A stretch of DNA of 24,000 nucleotides, taken from assembly GCF_946463545.1 (NCBI RefSeq), contig NZ_OX296583.1:757035-781034 (forward strand), given 5' to 3'. Positions 1 through 13,777 of the stretch are shown here, in pieces. How positions within the stretch are numbered: position 1 is the first letter of the stretch; every line of letters starts with the position of its first letter. This DNA comes from Methanothermococcus thermolithotrophicus DSM 2095 (GTDB lineage: Archaea > AGJL01 > Methanococci > Methanococcales > Methanococcaceae). The translations under genes were made by a program, and so were the position numbers. Below the pieces are notes generated by a model, which was not told the origin of the DNA, searched no databases, and was given only the letters and a program-made list of their open reading frames with translations.

Positions 1-2
1 GT

Positions 3-839
3 ATGAAAAACGTTAAATCAAAACTAAGTACCACGTTAAATATAAAATATGATGGTAAGATCATAACCCAAAATCAAATGAAAATATTAAAACTAATCTC
101 AGAAAAAAAATCACAAAATAAAGTTGCCAATATTTTAAATATACCTCCCTCCACGGTAAACATCCAATTAAAGAGGCTTGAAAAAAAATTAGGTTTTAAA
201 TTAACTTACTCCTCCCCCTCAGGCACAATATTAACTGATGAAGCCCTTGAACTGCTGGAATACTATGAATCGATGAATAAAAGAATATCAGAAAACCCAT
301 TTATCGCCTGTGGATTTATAAGCGGTGAAATAGGTAAAATACTGTTTGATGATATAGTGGTATCTTCTTTTGGAAATGTCTTAAAACTTTACAATATGGG
401 ATTAACAAACATTGTAGGTATAGATGACCCATACTGGAGTTTTAGAATGGGAGAACCTGTTCCAGTAGCTTATGATCATTTTGTGATGGTGTATAAAGAA
501 GATTTCGATTTTAAAAATCTCATAGGCATAAGTCATTCTGCACAAAGAATTGTATGGAAAACCCTAAAAAATATGAAAATTGATTTTAGTGTGACAAAAG
601 TTGTTAAAAACCCATATTACGCTATTGATCTAGTTGAAAATGGATACAGCCTATTTTTAAATAAAGGGCTTCTAAGATACGTTAAAAAGGATTATATAGT
701 TGAAAAGCCCGACTTCTACGAAAAAACCCGGCACACCATAAACTTCATTTTAAATATGGAAGACTATGAAGATGATTTTGAAAAATTAGTTTTAAAAAAG
801 AGAAAGGAAATAAGTTCTGCAGGTTTTGAACCCATCTAA
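3..839 (+). CDS. HTH transcriptional regulator (LysR/ModE-type N-terminal HTH, uncharacterised C-terminal domain)
   Basis: 278-aa ORF. Residues ~22-65 (ITQNQMKILKLISEKKSQNKVANILNIPPSTVNIQLKRLEKKLGFKL) fit the LysR/ModE HTH_1 pattern. The ATG is at nt 3, so upstream signals are off-window. Confidence 0.6.
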   Translation: MKNVKSKLSTTLNIKYDGKIITQNQMKILKLISEKKSQNKVANILNIPPSTVNIQLKRLEKKLGFKLTYSSPSGTILTDEALELLEYYESMNKRISENPFIACGFISGEIGKILFDDIVVSSFGNVLKLYNMGLTNIVGIDDPYWSFRMGEPVPVAYDHFVMVYKEDFDFKNLIGISHSAQRIVWKTLKNMKIDFSVTKVVKNPYYAIDLVENGYSLFLNKGLLRYVKKDYIVEKPDFYEKTRHTINFILNMEDYEDDFEKLVLKKRKEISSAGFEPI

Positions 840-853
840 GTTATGAATTGATA

Positions 854-1279
854 TTATTGAGGTATGTTACCACCTGGGACCATTACTGTTAGTTTTACTT
901 GTTTTACCCCTTTCTGAGATGTTAACTTATCAGTTAATTCTTTAATTACCTTGGCATCGCCTTTAACCAGTATAACTTCCATGCAGTGATCATGATCCAA
1001 ATGCATATGTAGTGTTGCTATTATTAAATCCTGATAATCATGCTGTATACTTGTTAACTTTTCCATGACGTCGGATGCGTGATGGTCGTATATTATTGTT
1101 ATTGTTCCAGCCCTTTCCCCTTCTAAACTATGTATCCACTTATGTTTTATTATATAATCCCTTATGGAGTCACGAATAGCTTCGCTTCTACTTGCATACC
1201 CCCTATCTGCAATTATCTCATCGAATTCTCCAAGTAATTTAGTTGGCAATGAGATACTTATCCTATCCATATCTACCAT
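854..1279 (-). CDS. nikR: Nickel-responsive regulator NikR (ribbon-helix-helix plus C-terminal metal-binding domain)
   Basis: MVDMDRISISLP...GYASRSEAIRDSIRDY is the NikR/CopG RHH motif, and the C-terminal domain is His-rich (HHASD, HMHLDHDHCMEV). The tracked ORF extends to 1318. I prefer the ATG at 1279 because a GGAGG lies ~8 nt upstream of it. Confidence 0.85.
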   Translation of the reverse strand: MVDMDRISISLPTKLLGEFDEIIADRGYASRSEAIRDSIRDYIIKHKWIHSLEGERAGTITIIYDHHASDVMEKLTSIQHDYQDLIIATLHMHLDHDHCMEVILVKGDAKVIKELTDKLTSQKGVKQVKLTVMVPGGNIPQ

Positions 1280-1423
1280 AGTATCAGCCTCCGAAGAGCA
1301 TTTTAAATCTAGACACATAATACATTTATATGTATATGAAAAGTATTGATTTTTATAAAATGATAATATTTAATAATATTATAATGATGATATTTAAATA
1401 TTATGTAATAAATGGTGAAAAAT

Positions 1424-2299
1424 ATGAGCGTCATAATAGGATACTATGGAAAAAATGGAGCGGTAATTGCAGGAGATAGAAGGAATATTTTATTTAGAGG
1501 CGATCCTAAAAAAAGAGAAGAGCTCGAAAAGAAACTATACAGTGGAGAATTGAAAAGTGACGAAGAACTTATCAGAGCTGCCAAAGATCTTGGAATTAAT
1601 ATCCATATAGATGATGAAAAAATCAAAGTAAGAAAAATAGAGGATGTCTTAGTTGGGGAGGTCAGTTCCATAGGAGCAGAATCCAAGAGAAGAAGAATGT
1701 ATATAACAAAGGGAAAATGTGCAATTATAGATATATTAAATGATACAATTACTAACAAATCCATAAGAGAAGGAAGTAGTATAGTAGTATTTGGGAATAA
1801 ATATATAAAGAACCTTGTCCAGCAGGAATTAGTAAAATATAAGAATAAAATCCTAAAAATGAGTATTTTAGAGATAAAAAATCTATTTGAAGAGATATTG
1901 AAAAACTGTAATAACCCTACTGTAAGTAAAAAGTATGATGTATTTTACACGGTGAATTGTAGTAAAAACTTCGAAGAGACCATTGAAAATGATATAAAAG
2001 ATTTATTTAACTACAGAAACGAATTAAATAAAAAAATGTTTGAATTTGGAAAAATAATGACTATAGTGAATAAAATAGCAAATGAAGGAGAAATTGGGAC
2101 AATAAAAAACGGAAAATTGGTTTTAAATGACGATCATATTGCCATAGATAAAGTATGCCCTAATCCAAAACTATTTACTGAAATAGAGGTTGAAGGGAAT
2201 TTTGAAGATGGAGATATAGTTGTTATTGAAAATGGAAATATGAAGATAAAGGGAAAAAACGAAAACATTACTACAAAGTATATAGTATGTAAAAAATAA
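1424..2299 (+). CDS. Conserved archaeal hypothetical protein
   Basis: Long ORF (tracked from 1412). The ATG at 1424 is preceded by GGTGA at 1414-1418. The N-terminus SVIIGYYGKNGAVIAGDRR is reminiscent of Ntn-hydrolase/proteasome-beta-like strands. I could not name a confident family. Confidence 0.6.
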   Translation: MSVIIGYYGKNGAVIAGDRRNILFRGDPKKREELEKKLYSGELKSDEELIRAAKDLGINIHIDDEKIKVRKIEDVLVGEVSSIGAESKRRRMYITKGKCAIIDILNDTITNKSIREGSSIVVFGNKYIKNLVQQELVKYKNKILKMSILEIKNLFEEILKNCNNPTVSKKYDVFYTVNCSKNFEETIENDIKDLFNYRNELNKKMFEFGKIMTIVNKIANEGEIGTIKNGKLVLNDDHIAIDKVCPNPKLFTEIEVEGNFEDGDIVVIENGNMKIKGKNENITTKYIVCKK

Positions 2300-2632
2300 T
2301 TAATTAATTATTATTTTCTTTCCCAATAATTCATCTATATCAACATTTCCAGACTTTATTTCCAACATGGCGTTTGAATATACTCTTGATCTGTAAGTTT
2401 TCCAAGGTTTCATATTTTTTACAGTATCTACAACTTCATCGTCCATCAAAAAAATAATATCCAAAGGATATTTTACAAAGTATGTATGAATATGAATCTT
2501 TCTTTTTTTGTAAAGAAACAGTAAACCCTCATCATCTTTTATATTCCTAAACATCAATCCAAAGGCCCGTTTTACAAAGTTATCGGCTAATTCTATATTA
2601 TATACTTTATTACCTATTTTTATCGTTGGCAT
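2300..2632 (-). CDS. DUF192-family protein
   Basis: 110 aa with the DUF192-like pattern (A...RAFGLMFR...GLLFLY...HIHTYFVKYPLDIIFL...MLEIKSG). Its start overlaps the upstream protease gene by 23 nt. Confidence 0.7.
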   Translation of the reverse strand: MPTIKIGNKVYNIELADNFVKRAFGLMFRNIKDDEGLLFLYKKRKIHIHTYFVKYPLDIIFLMDDEVVDTVKNMKPWKTYRSRVYSNAMLEIKSGNVDIDELLGKKIIIN

Positions 2633-3455
2633 TTAAAATCCCCTTTTTGTAAGGTACAGGTATGTACTGTACAGAAGGCCTCTGATTCACAGGTTGTTTG
2701 TAGAGGTCGAATAAATCATAAACCTTTTGAGGTACGTCGGTATTTATCTTAATTCCCATTTCCTTTAATTTTTTAACGGTTAGTGGATAGTCATGAGTCC
2801 ATTTTCCACTTGAAAGTATTTTAGCCAGTTCCCATGCCTTTTCATCATCATCCAGTTTATCCTTCAAGAGCTCATAGACAAACTCGGTAACTTGATTTAT
2901 GGCCTTTTTAGATATATCTGCTAAAATCAAAGTTTCATCATCCAGCTCATCTACATATTTTGTATTTACAGTATTTAAAATGGAAGCTGCAGGATATTGA
3001 CCTATTTGTGGATCCACAGGACCCATTACCGCATTTTTATCCATTATTATTTCATCTGCAGCAAGTGCAATTAAGCTACCCCCACTCATTGCATAATGAG
3101 GTATTATTGCAGTGGTTTTTGCCTTATGTTCCTTTAAAGCCATTGCTATTTGTTCGCTGGCTAAAACTAATCCCCCCGGTGTGTGGAGTATTATATCAAT
3201 AGGCATATCTTCAGGAGTCAGCCTAATGGCCCTTAAAATCTCTTCACTATCTTCAATATTTATGAAACGATACAGTGGTATGCCAAATAGGGCCAACTGT
3301 TCCTGCCTATGTATTAATGCAATCACTCTTGTTTTTCTTTCACTCTCTAAATTCTTTATAAATTTGTATCTTTGTAATAATTTCCACCTAAACATTATCT
3401 GCGGATAGACAAACAGGAATAAGAAGAATATCCAAAAAAGACCTGATGGATCCAT
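2610..3455 (-). CDS. Membrane-anchored ClpP-fold serine protease (SDH / serine dehydrogenase proteinase-like family)
   Basis: 281 aa with a hydrophobic N-terminal segment (LFWIFFLFLFVYPQIMF). The core IDIILHTPGGLVLASEQIA...IIPHYAMSGGSLIALAADEI is typical of ClpP/crotonase-fold S49/SDH peptidases. A GGGTG SD lies upstream of the ATG. Confidence 0.7.
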   Translation of the reverse strand: MDPSGLFWIFFLFLFVYPQIMFRWKLLQRYKFIKNLESERKTRVIALIHRQEQLALFGIPLYRFINIEDSEEILRAIRLTPEDMPIDIILHTPGGLVLASEQIAMALKEHKAKTTAIIPHYAMSGGSLIALAADEIIMDKNAVMGPVDPQIGQYPAASILNTVNTKYVDELDDETLILADISKKAINQVTEFVYELLKDKLDDDEKAWELAKILSSGKWTHDYPLTVKKLKEMGIKINTDVPQKVYDLFDLYKQPVNQRPSVQYIPVPYKKGILNANDKNR

Positions 3456-3705
3456 AGTTACACCCTACTCTTATTAAATTAAACATTATGAAAATACAAT
3501 AATAGTTATCATTATTTTACACTATATATGCTTTTTATATACTTTAACATGTGTACCGAAAAACCGATAGTGAAGCTACCCCAAACATACAATCAATATT
3601 TATTTTCCAGTTTTAGGATGGCTTTAGTTTTTACGACGCAACCTACCAATATTTAAATATCGGTGTAATATATATTAGTATCGTACAATCCTCTGAGGTG
3701 TACTC

Positions 3706-4818
3706 ATGAATAACATCAACATAAATTCAATTAAAATCAAACCTGCACTCTCAAAATCGATAATGTTATCTGACGAAGCCATGGCTTTAAAATACATTAT
3801 TTTAGAGCCGATAGGATTCCCGATTAGGATAAATGGCGAGAATGTAAAGGTTAGAGTCGAAGACCCTAAATTATTCAATGTATATGCGAGAGACCAGTGG
3901 GTTGGAGAGATTGTTAAAGAAGGAGATTACCTATTTGATAATACAATTATCCCAGATTATGCTTTCAAAGTAGTTTCAACATATCCGAAAGAAGGCGGCA
4001 TAATAACAAAAGAAACACTATTCAAGTTAGAAACTAAGGATGCATGCAGTGAAGGCGATTTCAAAAAAGCGAGATTCAGTGAAGTCATAGGTCAGGAAGA
4101 GGCAAAGAAGAAGTGTAAAATTATTATAAAATATCTACAGGACCCTGAGCTCTTTGGAGAATGGGCGCCAAAAAATGTGCTATTCCACGGAGCTCCAGGA
4201 ACCGGAAAGACATTGTTAGCCAGAGCTCTAGCAACTGAAACTAATGTTCCACTATATCTTATAAAAGCCACTGAGCTCATAGGGGAACATGTTGGAGACG
4301 GTTCAAAGCAAATCCAAAACCTCTATATGAAGGCTTCAGAAAATAGCCCCTGTATCATATTTATTGACGAGTTAGATGCTATTGCATTAAGCAGGCAATA
4401 CCAGTCACTAAGAGGAGATGTTTCTGAAGTTGTAAACGCTTTATTAACTGAATTGGATGGAATAAAAGACAATAAAGGAGTAGTTACAATTGCAGCTACA
4501 AACAACCCAGACATGCTCGATAGTGCAATAAGAAACAGGTTTGAAGAAGAGATTGAATTCAAACTACCGAATGATGCTGAGAGACTAAAAATAATGGAAT
4601 TATATGCAAAAAAAATGCCAATACCAATTAAGGCTAACTTAAAGAAGTACGTTGAAAAAACTAAAAACATGAGTGGAAGAGAGATTAAAGAGAAATTTTT
4701 AAAACCTGCTCTCCATAAAGCCATATTGGACGACAAAGAGTTCATTGGGGAAAAAGAGCTAGATGAAGTTTTAAAAAGTATTGGTAAGAAGAGTACTCCT
4801 TCAGACCTATATTGCTGA
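3706..4818 (+). CDS. Single-domain AAA+ ATPase (26S-proteasome-regulatory-subunit/CDC48-like homolog)
   Basis: Walker A is GAPGTGKTLLARALA and Walker B is CIIFIDELDA. The second region of homology is VVTIAATNNPDMLDSAIRNRF. A GAGGTG SD lies 5 nt upstream of the ATG. At 370 aa the size matches the short archaeal AAA proteins. Confidence 0.85.
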   Translation: MNNININSIKIKPALSKSIMLSDEAMALKYIILEPIGFPIRINGENVKVRVEDPKLFNVYARDQWVGEIVKEGDYLFDNTIIPDYAFKVVSTYPKEGGIITKETLFKLETKDACSEGDFKKARFSEVIGQEEAKKKCKIIIKYLQDPELFGEWAPKNVLFHGAPGTGKTLLARALATETNVPLYLIKATELIGEHVGDGSKQIQNLYMKASENSPCIIFIDELDAIALSRQYQSLRGDVSEVVNALLTELDGIKDNKGVVTIAATNNPDMLDSAIRNRFEEEIEFKLPNDAERLKIMELYAKKMPIPIKANLKKYVEKTKNMSGREIKEKFLKPALHKAILDDKEFIGEKELDEVLKSIGKKSTPSDLYC

Positions 4819-4853
4819 TTTAAAAAACATTTATTTTTATTTTTTGGATGAAT

Positions 4854-7800
4854 TTATTTAAAGAAATCATCAATTTTAACTTGTTTTCTTTTATCATTTT
4901 TAAATAAACTGTCGATACCGTCTTTAATTAAGTCCAATCTCTGTTTTATATAATTGCTCGCATTGTACCTTTCTGCCATAGTTTGAGAAACTTCCATATA
5001 TTTTTCTACAGCTCCTTTTGAAACCGTTAGTATTAACTTACTTCCGCACTTCTTACAAACTCCTTTTAATGGTATTCTCCTGTACTTTGCCCCGCATTTA
5101 CATCTGACACTCTGTCTTGAAAATGCCCTTAGATTACCGATTAGATCTGGGACAAAGTGGGATTGAATAACCTTTTCTGCAACGTCTCTTTCATTTGTAG
5201 CCCTTATTTTTTTTGCTACATTCAACTGGGCACTGGTTTTTTCAAGCATGGATCCTAAAGTCTTATATGCACAAACTAATGGTCCCTCATCTATTCTCGA
5301 AGTTTCGTGAGTATAGCCGATACCTTCATATTGGGAAGGCTTACCCAATCTGTCCTCTATAGTTTGAATTAATTCCTTTACCTCTTTTGGAGAAACCATT
5401 TCAATGGTCTTTTCATAAAACTCAAGTGGGTACTCCCACACCGAATCCATGTTGTGAACTTCACCATCGACTTCCTTTGGATCAAGTATTGTTGTTAATA
5501 CCAGTGGAGCATCCATCTGTCCCCCTCTTTTATCTGGGAGGAATTTTTTAGAGAAGTTCAGAAATGCGTCTAACAGTAGAAAGAAGGCGTCCTCATCGCC
5601 GTCGCAATTTCTCCTCTTAGATGCGTGGAAATAAGGATGTGCATAACCTACATTGGCTTTACTATAACCCACTATTCTTCCAACCATTCCTGCCGAGGTG
5701 TGAGGTGCCATACCTATAACTAAATGCCCTATCAAGTCTTCCTCATTGGTTACGTTGTAGAATCTCTCTCTTCCATAGTATTTTTCAAGTAGATCATCTA
5801 TGAACTTAGCTACATTTACGAAGTATTTGGCACACTTCTCAGGGATTATCACATCCTGAGGTTTTAACTCTAAAACTTGCTCCCCATCTTCAAGAGGAGC
5901 TCCATGAATATCCTTAGTATATCCTAACCCTATTAATTTATCAATACTTGCATTAATTTCATTAGGTCTAAAATGTGTAACTGGGACATCGGTGCAGTCA
6001 AATCTTGTTGTACCATCCTTAAACACATATATATTATTCATTGCCCTTAATATCGCCTTTTCTAATGGTTCAACTACTTTTTCTTTTGAGGTCATACCTT
6101 TGATACATTTAACATCCCCAGGTTTGTTTATACCCAAGTTTTCTAAGGTTTTATACCAGTAGTCTTTCAAAGGTATGGTTATACGTGATGGCCCAGTTAA
6201 ATTCACAGGAGCTCCACAGAATGGACATTTTCTATAAAGGCTTATTCTTTCACAGCGTGGACATTTACCATAGGAAACTTCCACATCGTCAGTTTTTCCT
6301 TCTTCAACAGCTTTATTTATCAATCTAACTTGACTTCCAGCGTTGCCTATTGGAAATAAACCATTAACTGGTGGTTTCATTTTTCTTTCTGCTGCCTTTT
6401 CAGGTCTTCCCATACGAGCTCCAACATAAACGTAGGTGTTTCTTTTTATCTCAAAAGGTGCCAACAAATTTATAAAATGCATGCTGTTCTTTGCTCTTGA
6501 ATGGGCCTCGCCTATATCTTCAACTAAATCTATATTATTTTCAACGTCATAGCCAAGTGAGTAAAGAAGCGTATAGTATTCCTCGACTTCAACGGTCTTG
6601 GTTTCTCCATTAACTTTATGACAACAACCAATTAATTCTAAAATCCTTTTAGCATTTTTATGAGCTTCATTTTTAACATCGTAAGGAATTATCCAAGTAT
6701 TACTCCTTTCATCGTAGTTTCCACTTAATACCCAATCCCTAAGTTGAAGTACATCATCCTTTGAAACATCGTGCCAACGATACGTATATTTTGGATGCAA
6801 AGGTGTTTTTGTTTTTAAGGCATAATTTACGGCGTCTTTTGGGGTTGGGTTGTTTATAAACTCTTTTTCATAAGGTATGTTTTTTGAAATTAGAATTTTT
6901 TCATACCATTCTTCACACCAACTACTTGGAAGTAATGGGTGGTTGTTCTCCAAAAAATCTCCAAAGTTAACTAATATATCCCCTAAAAACAATATTTCCT
7001 CTACTAAATTTCTATACTCCAGGGCTTTCTCAATGGTATCTATTTTAATTACACTTCCATTTTTTAATTTAACTATGGGGGGCTCTATACTATCTACTGG
7101 AACTACACAAGTTGCTTTTCCAGGTCTTTCAGTTTTTAACTGAGTTCCCACAGCCATGAAATCATCTACAAGATACATGAGCGCAGGGTGAAATCCATCC
7201 GTTGCAAATCCTGTGTTTCTACTTCTTCCATACCTTAATCTAAATCCTCCCTTTTTTGAAGGATGTGCGAAAACAGGCCTTCCCGCAATAACCTCCCCTA
7301 TAAATTTGGTTATTGCCTCAATTTCAATATCATCGTAATCCGATGAACCATCATCTTCATATACATATTCCTCCTCATTTTCTTCCTCTTCTTTTTTTTC
7401 AAAATCAACTTCTTCTTTTTTATTTTTTAATTCCTTTAACCAGTCCCATCCTTCTATTCCTAACTTATCAACATGTCTTAAGATTTTTGGAGCCTTTAAA
7501 AGTACCCCTTCTACTAATGCAAGTAGAGCTCCACCCCTTATTTGGTTGGTTTCTACCCTATCCAAATCTCTGTGACCACTAACTTCAACGTCATCAGTGG
7601 CTTCTCCAGTAATTTCAACTGAGATATTTTTAACTGCAGCCCTTATTTCCTCAGCTTTTGGGGAATACTGGAAGCTCCCAACCTCTGATTGATAGAGATC
7701 GACTTCTTCAACATATCTTTCTATCTCATCCTCAGTGGGAATGTACCTATTCAAACCCATGTTTTTTCTAACATAGTCCCCTACCAAAACCGCCAAAGCC

Positions 7801-8264
7801 TGAGCTGTACCTCCTGCACTTCTAATAGGGCCTGCAAAATATATTGCCAAGTATTCACTACCATCTTTATTTTTCTTTATTTTAACATGGGCTATACCTT
7901 CAAGTGGAGCTGCTACAATTCCCTCAGTAATAACTGCTAGTGCTGTTCTTATGGCTTGTTCAGCTGCCATCTCCCTATCAAAATTTCCAAATCTTCCTTC
8001 AACAATTTCTTTGGCAATTTCTAATGCTGCAGGCTCCTTACCAAGTTCTGAAACTAACTCTCTAATTCTCTCTGCTACGCCGTCAGGCCCCACAATACCC
8101 TCTACCCTATCAGCCATATCTTTTGCCAAAGGTATTTCCACACTTTCAGCTACATCAAAACCTTTGTTTCTACACTCCTCGGCAATTTTGTAAATTTTTT
8201 TGACATCTGTTAAAATGTGATTAAAATATTCTTCCATATCTTTTGAACACGCAACGTGAAACAT
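4854..8264 (-). CDS. polC: DNA polymerase II (PolD) large subunit DP2
   Basis: 1136-aa ORF with the characteristic DP2 N-terminus (MFHVACS...YF..I...V..IY.IAEECR..G.D) and Cys clusters ([17 protein letters not shown]; [20 protein letters not shown]). An AGGTGA SD lies upstream. The length is consistent with an intein-free protein. Confidence 0.95.
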   Translation of the reverse strand: MFHVACSKDMEEYFNHILTDVKKIYKIAEECRNKGFDVAESVEIPLAKDMADRVEGIVGPDGVAERIRELVSELGKEPAALEIAKEIVEGRFGNFDREMAAEQAIRTALAVITEGIVAAPLEGIAHVKIKKNKDGSEYLAIYFAGPIRSAGGTAQALAVLVGDYVRKNMGLNRYIPTEDEIERYVEEVDLYQSEVGSFQYSPKAEEIRAAVKNISVEITGEATDDVEVSGHRDLDRVETNQIRGGALLALVEGVLLKAPKILRHVDKLGIEGWDWLKELKNKKEEVDFEKKEEEENEEEYVYEDDGSSDYDDIEIEAITKFIGEVIAGRPVFAHPSKKGGFRLRYGRSRNTGFATDGFHPALMYLVDDFMAVGTQLKTERPGKATCVVPVDSIEPPIVKLKNGSVIKIDTIEKALEYRNLVEEILFLGDILVNFGDFLENNHPLLPSSWCEEWYEKILISKNIPYEKEFINNPTPKDAVNYALKTKTPLHPKYTYRWHDVSKDDVLQLRDWVLSGNYDERSNTWIIPYDVKNEAHKNAKRILELIGCCHKVNGETKTVEVEEYYTLLYSLGYDVENNIDLVEDIGEAHSRAKNSMHFINLLAPFEIKRNTYVYVGARMGRPEKAAERKMKPPVNGLFPIGNAGSQVRLINKAVEEGKTDDVEVSYGKCPRCERISLYRKCPFCGAPVNLTGPSRITIPLKDYWYKTLENLGINKPGDVKCIKGMTSKEKVVEPLEKAILRAMNNIYVFKDGTTRFDCTDVPVTHFRPNEINASIDKLIGLGYTKDIHGAPLEDGEQVLELKPQDVIIPEKCAKYFVNVAKFIDDLLEKYYGRERFYNVTNEEDLIGHLVIGMAPHTSAGMVGRIVGYSKANVGYAHPYFHASKRRNCDGDEDAFFLLLDAFLNFSKKFLPDKRGGQMDAPLVLTTILDPKEVDGEVHNMDSVWEYPLEFYEKTIEMVSPKEVKELIQTIEDRLGKPSQYEGIGYTHETSRIDEGPLVCAYKTLGSMLEKTSAQLNVAKKIRATNERDVAEKVIQSHFVPDLIGNLRAFSRQSVRCKCGAKYRRIPLKGVCKKCGSKLILTVSKGAVEKYMEVSQTMAERYNASNYIKQRLDLIKDGIDSLFKNDKRKQVKIDDFFK

Positions 8265-8415
8265 GATTTCACCTAAGATGATAATAATATGCCTATTATT
8301 ACATTATTATTAAATTAAAATTTAAAACACCATTAAGTTTAATTATGTTATTTAATTGCCAAATATATAACTCTTCTAAAAAATAATAAATTTAAATTAA
8401 TAAATATAATTTACT

Positions 8416-8425
8416 AAAAATAAAA
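8416..8425 (-). terminator. Oligo-T terminator (TTTTATTTTT) after RNase P RNA
   Basis: The minus strand reads TTTTATTTTT immediately after the P1 3' strand. This matches the archaeal oligo-T termination signal and is the identical 10-mer that follows 5S rRNA. Confidence 0.6.
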
Positions 8426-8670
8426 GGCATGAGGGCTATAGCCCGCCTTCTGTAATTTCGGCGACATTCAGCTAAGCGCTAATGCTTGCACCCGTGCAGA
8501 ATGGGGCCGTTTCACCGATTCCTTAAAACTCCTCAATTTTCGGATATCATCGTCATCTGTTTTAAGGCCGTGTCGTTTCTATGCCCCATTCAATCCCTCT
8601 CGGGATTGTTGCACATAATGGGTGGGCGGAGCTTCCTCCCAATTGGATAGTCACCAGCCCTCTTGCCTGT
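8424..8670 (-). ncRNA. rnpB: RNase P RNA (compact, Methanococcales type-M-like)
   Basis: The minus strand contains GGGAGGAAGCUCCGCCCACCC (CR-I-like) and ACAGAAGGCGGGCUAUAGCCC (CR-V ACAGAA..GGC). A P1 helix forms between GGCAAGAGGGC (8657-8667) and GCCCUCAUGCC (8426-8436). The segment is GC-rich relative to its flanks and is ~245 nt long. Confidence 0.75.
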
Positions 8671-8691
8671 TGGATTGTATAAATTAAAATT

Positions 8692-8716
8692 CCATATAAC
8701 ACTCGAAAATTCGAAA
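8692..8716 (-). promoter_or_regulatory. RNase P RNA promoter: TATA (TTATAT, 8694-8699) preceded by the 14-nt box TTTCGAATTTTCGA
   Basis: The TATA centre is ~28 nt upstream of the inferred RNase P RNA 5' end. The box at 8703-8716 is identical to the one at 21431-21444. Confidence 0.55.
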
Positions 8717-8725
8717 GTAGATTGT

Positions 8726-8735
8726 AAAAATAAAA
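8726..8735 (-). terminator. Oligo-T terminator (TTTTATTTTT) after 5S rRNA
   Basis: The T-run lies directly 3' of the 5S rRNA on the minus strand. Confidence 0.6.
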
Positions 8736-8737
8736 GT

Positions 8738-8854
8738 GGCTAACGGCGTCACCCTGTTCCCACCAGATGGCAGTACTTAGGGTATCGCTGGAGGGCTTAA
8801 TTTCCGAGATCGGGACGGGATCGGATGTGGCCCCTCCGCTATGACCGTTATGCC
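8738..8854 (-). rRNA. rrf: 5S rRNA
   Basis: The minus strand reads GGCAUAACGGUCAUAGCGGAGGGGCCACAUCCGAUCCCGUCCCGAUCUCGGAAAUUAAGCCCUCCAGCGAUACC...GGGAACAGGGUGACGCCGUUAGCC, which is an archaeal 5S pattern. Ends are +/-3 nt. Confidence 0.9.
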
Positions 8855-8894
8855 AGAGAATAAAAAGTGCATAAGCCCCTTGTGTCTTTAAGTG

Positions 8895-11890
<2,996 letters not shown>

Positions 11891-11979
11891 ATATCACCAG
11901 ACACAGGGGCTTATGCACGACCTTCACTCTAAAATCCAGTCCTTCATCCATAACCTTGCGATTATGGATTGCACCTACA

Positions 11980-12052
<73 letters not shown>

Positions 12053-12104
12053 ATTATTCCTTTAAGCCCACAATCATTTGGTGCCTAGTAACGACCTTTT
12101 TTTC

Positions 12105-13575
<1,471 letters not shown>

Positions 13576-13754
13576 TAGTTGCCTTAAAGGCAACTACTCT
13601 CGTGGAGTACGTAAGGAATTGACATTGGTCGTTACTAGGTTTCACCTAGATTGTGGGCTTACATCCAACCTGAGCTCTTTAGTCAGGTTATCACATTTGC
13701 ATAATATGACCGTGATCTGGAGTTTGTATTGTTTTTAGGTATGAAACAATATGT

Positions 13755-13777
13755 TTTAAAAAAATATATAATTTTAA
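13755..13777 (-). promoter_or_regulatory. Probable rRNA operon promoter (TATA AAAATTATATAT on the minus strand)
   Basis: This is the only strong Methanococcus-style TATA between the upstream channel gene stop (13778) and the 16S leader. No TSS evidence is available. Confidence 0.4.

Noticed and set aside
1319-1423. AT-only palindromes in the nikR upstream spacer (ATAATATT-TAAT-AATATTAT near 1362-1381; ATATTTAAATAT near 1394-1405) as NikR operators
   Set aside because: The region is almost pure A/T, so palindromes of this kind are expected by chance. They do not match the E. coli GTATGA-N16-TCATAC operator. I cannot tell them apart from promoter TATA-like sequence.
4854-8264. A possible intein in PolD DP2 (and in MCM at 16618..18636)
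   Set aside because: The protein lengths (1136 and ~672 aa) are those of intein-free versions. No Cys/Ser...HN-Cys/Ser/Thr splice-junction block or homing-endonuclease LAGLIDADG-like insert was seen.
8424-8670. The GC-rich ~245-nt segment after 5S rRNA as SRP (7S) RNA or a tRNA cluster
   Set aside because: No cloverleafs can be drawn and no SRP Alu or S-domain motifs were recognised. Instead, the CR-I-like GGGAGGAAGCUCCGCCC, the CR-V-like ACAGAAGGCGGGCUA and the terminal P1 pairing fit RNase P RNA.
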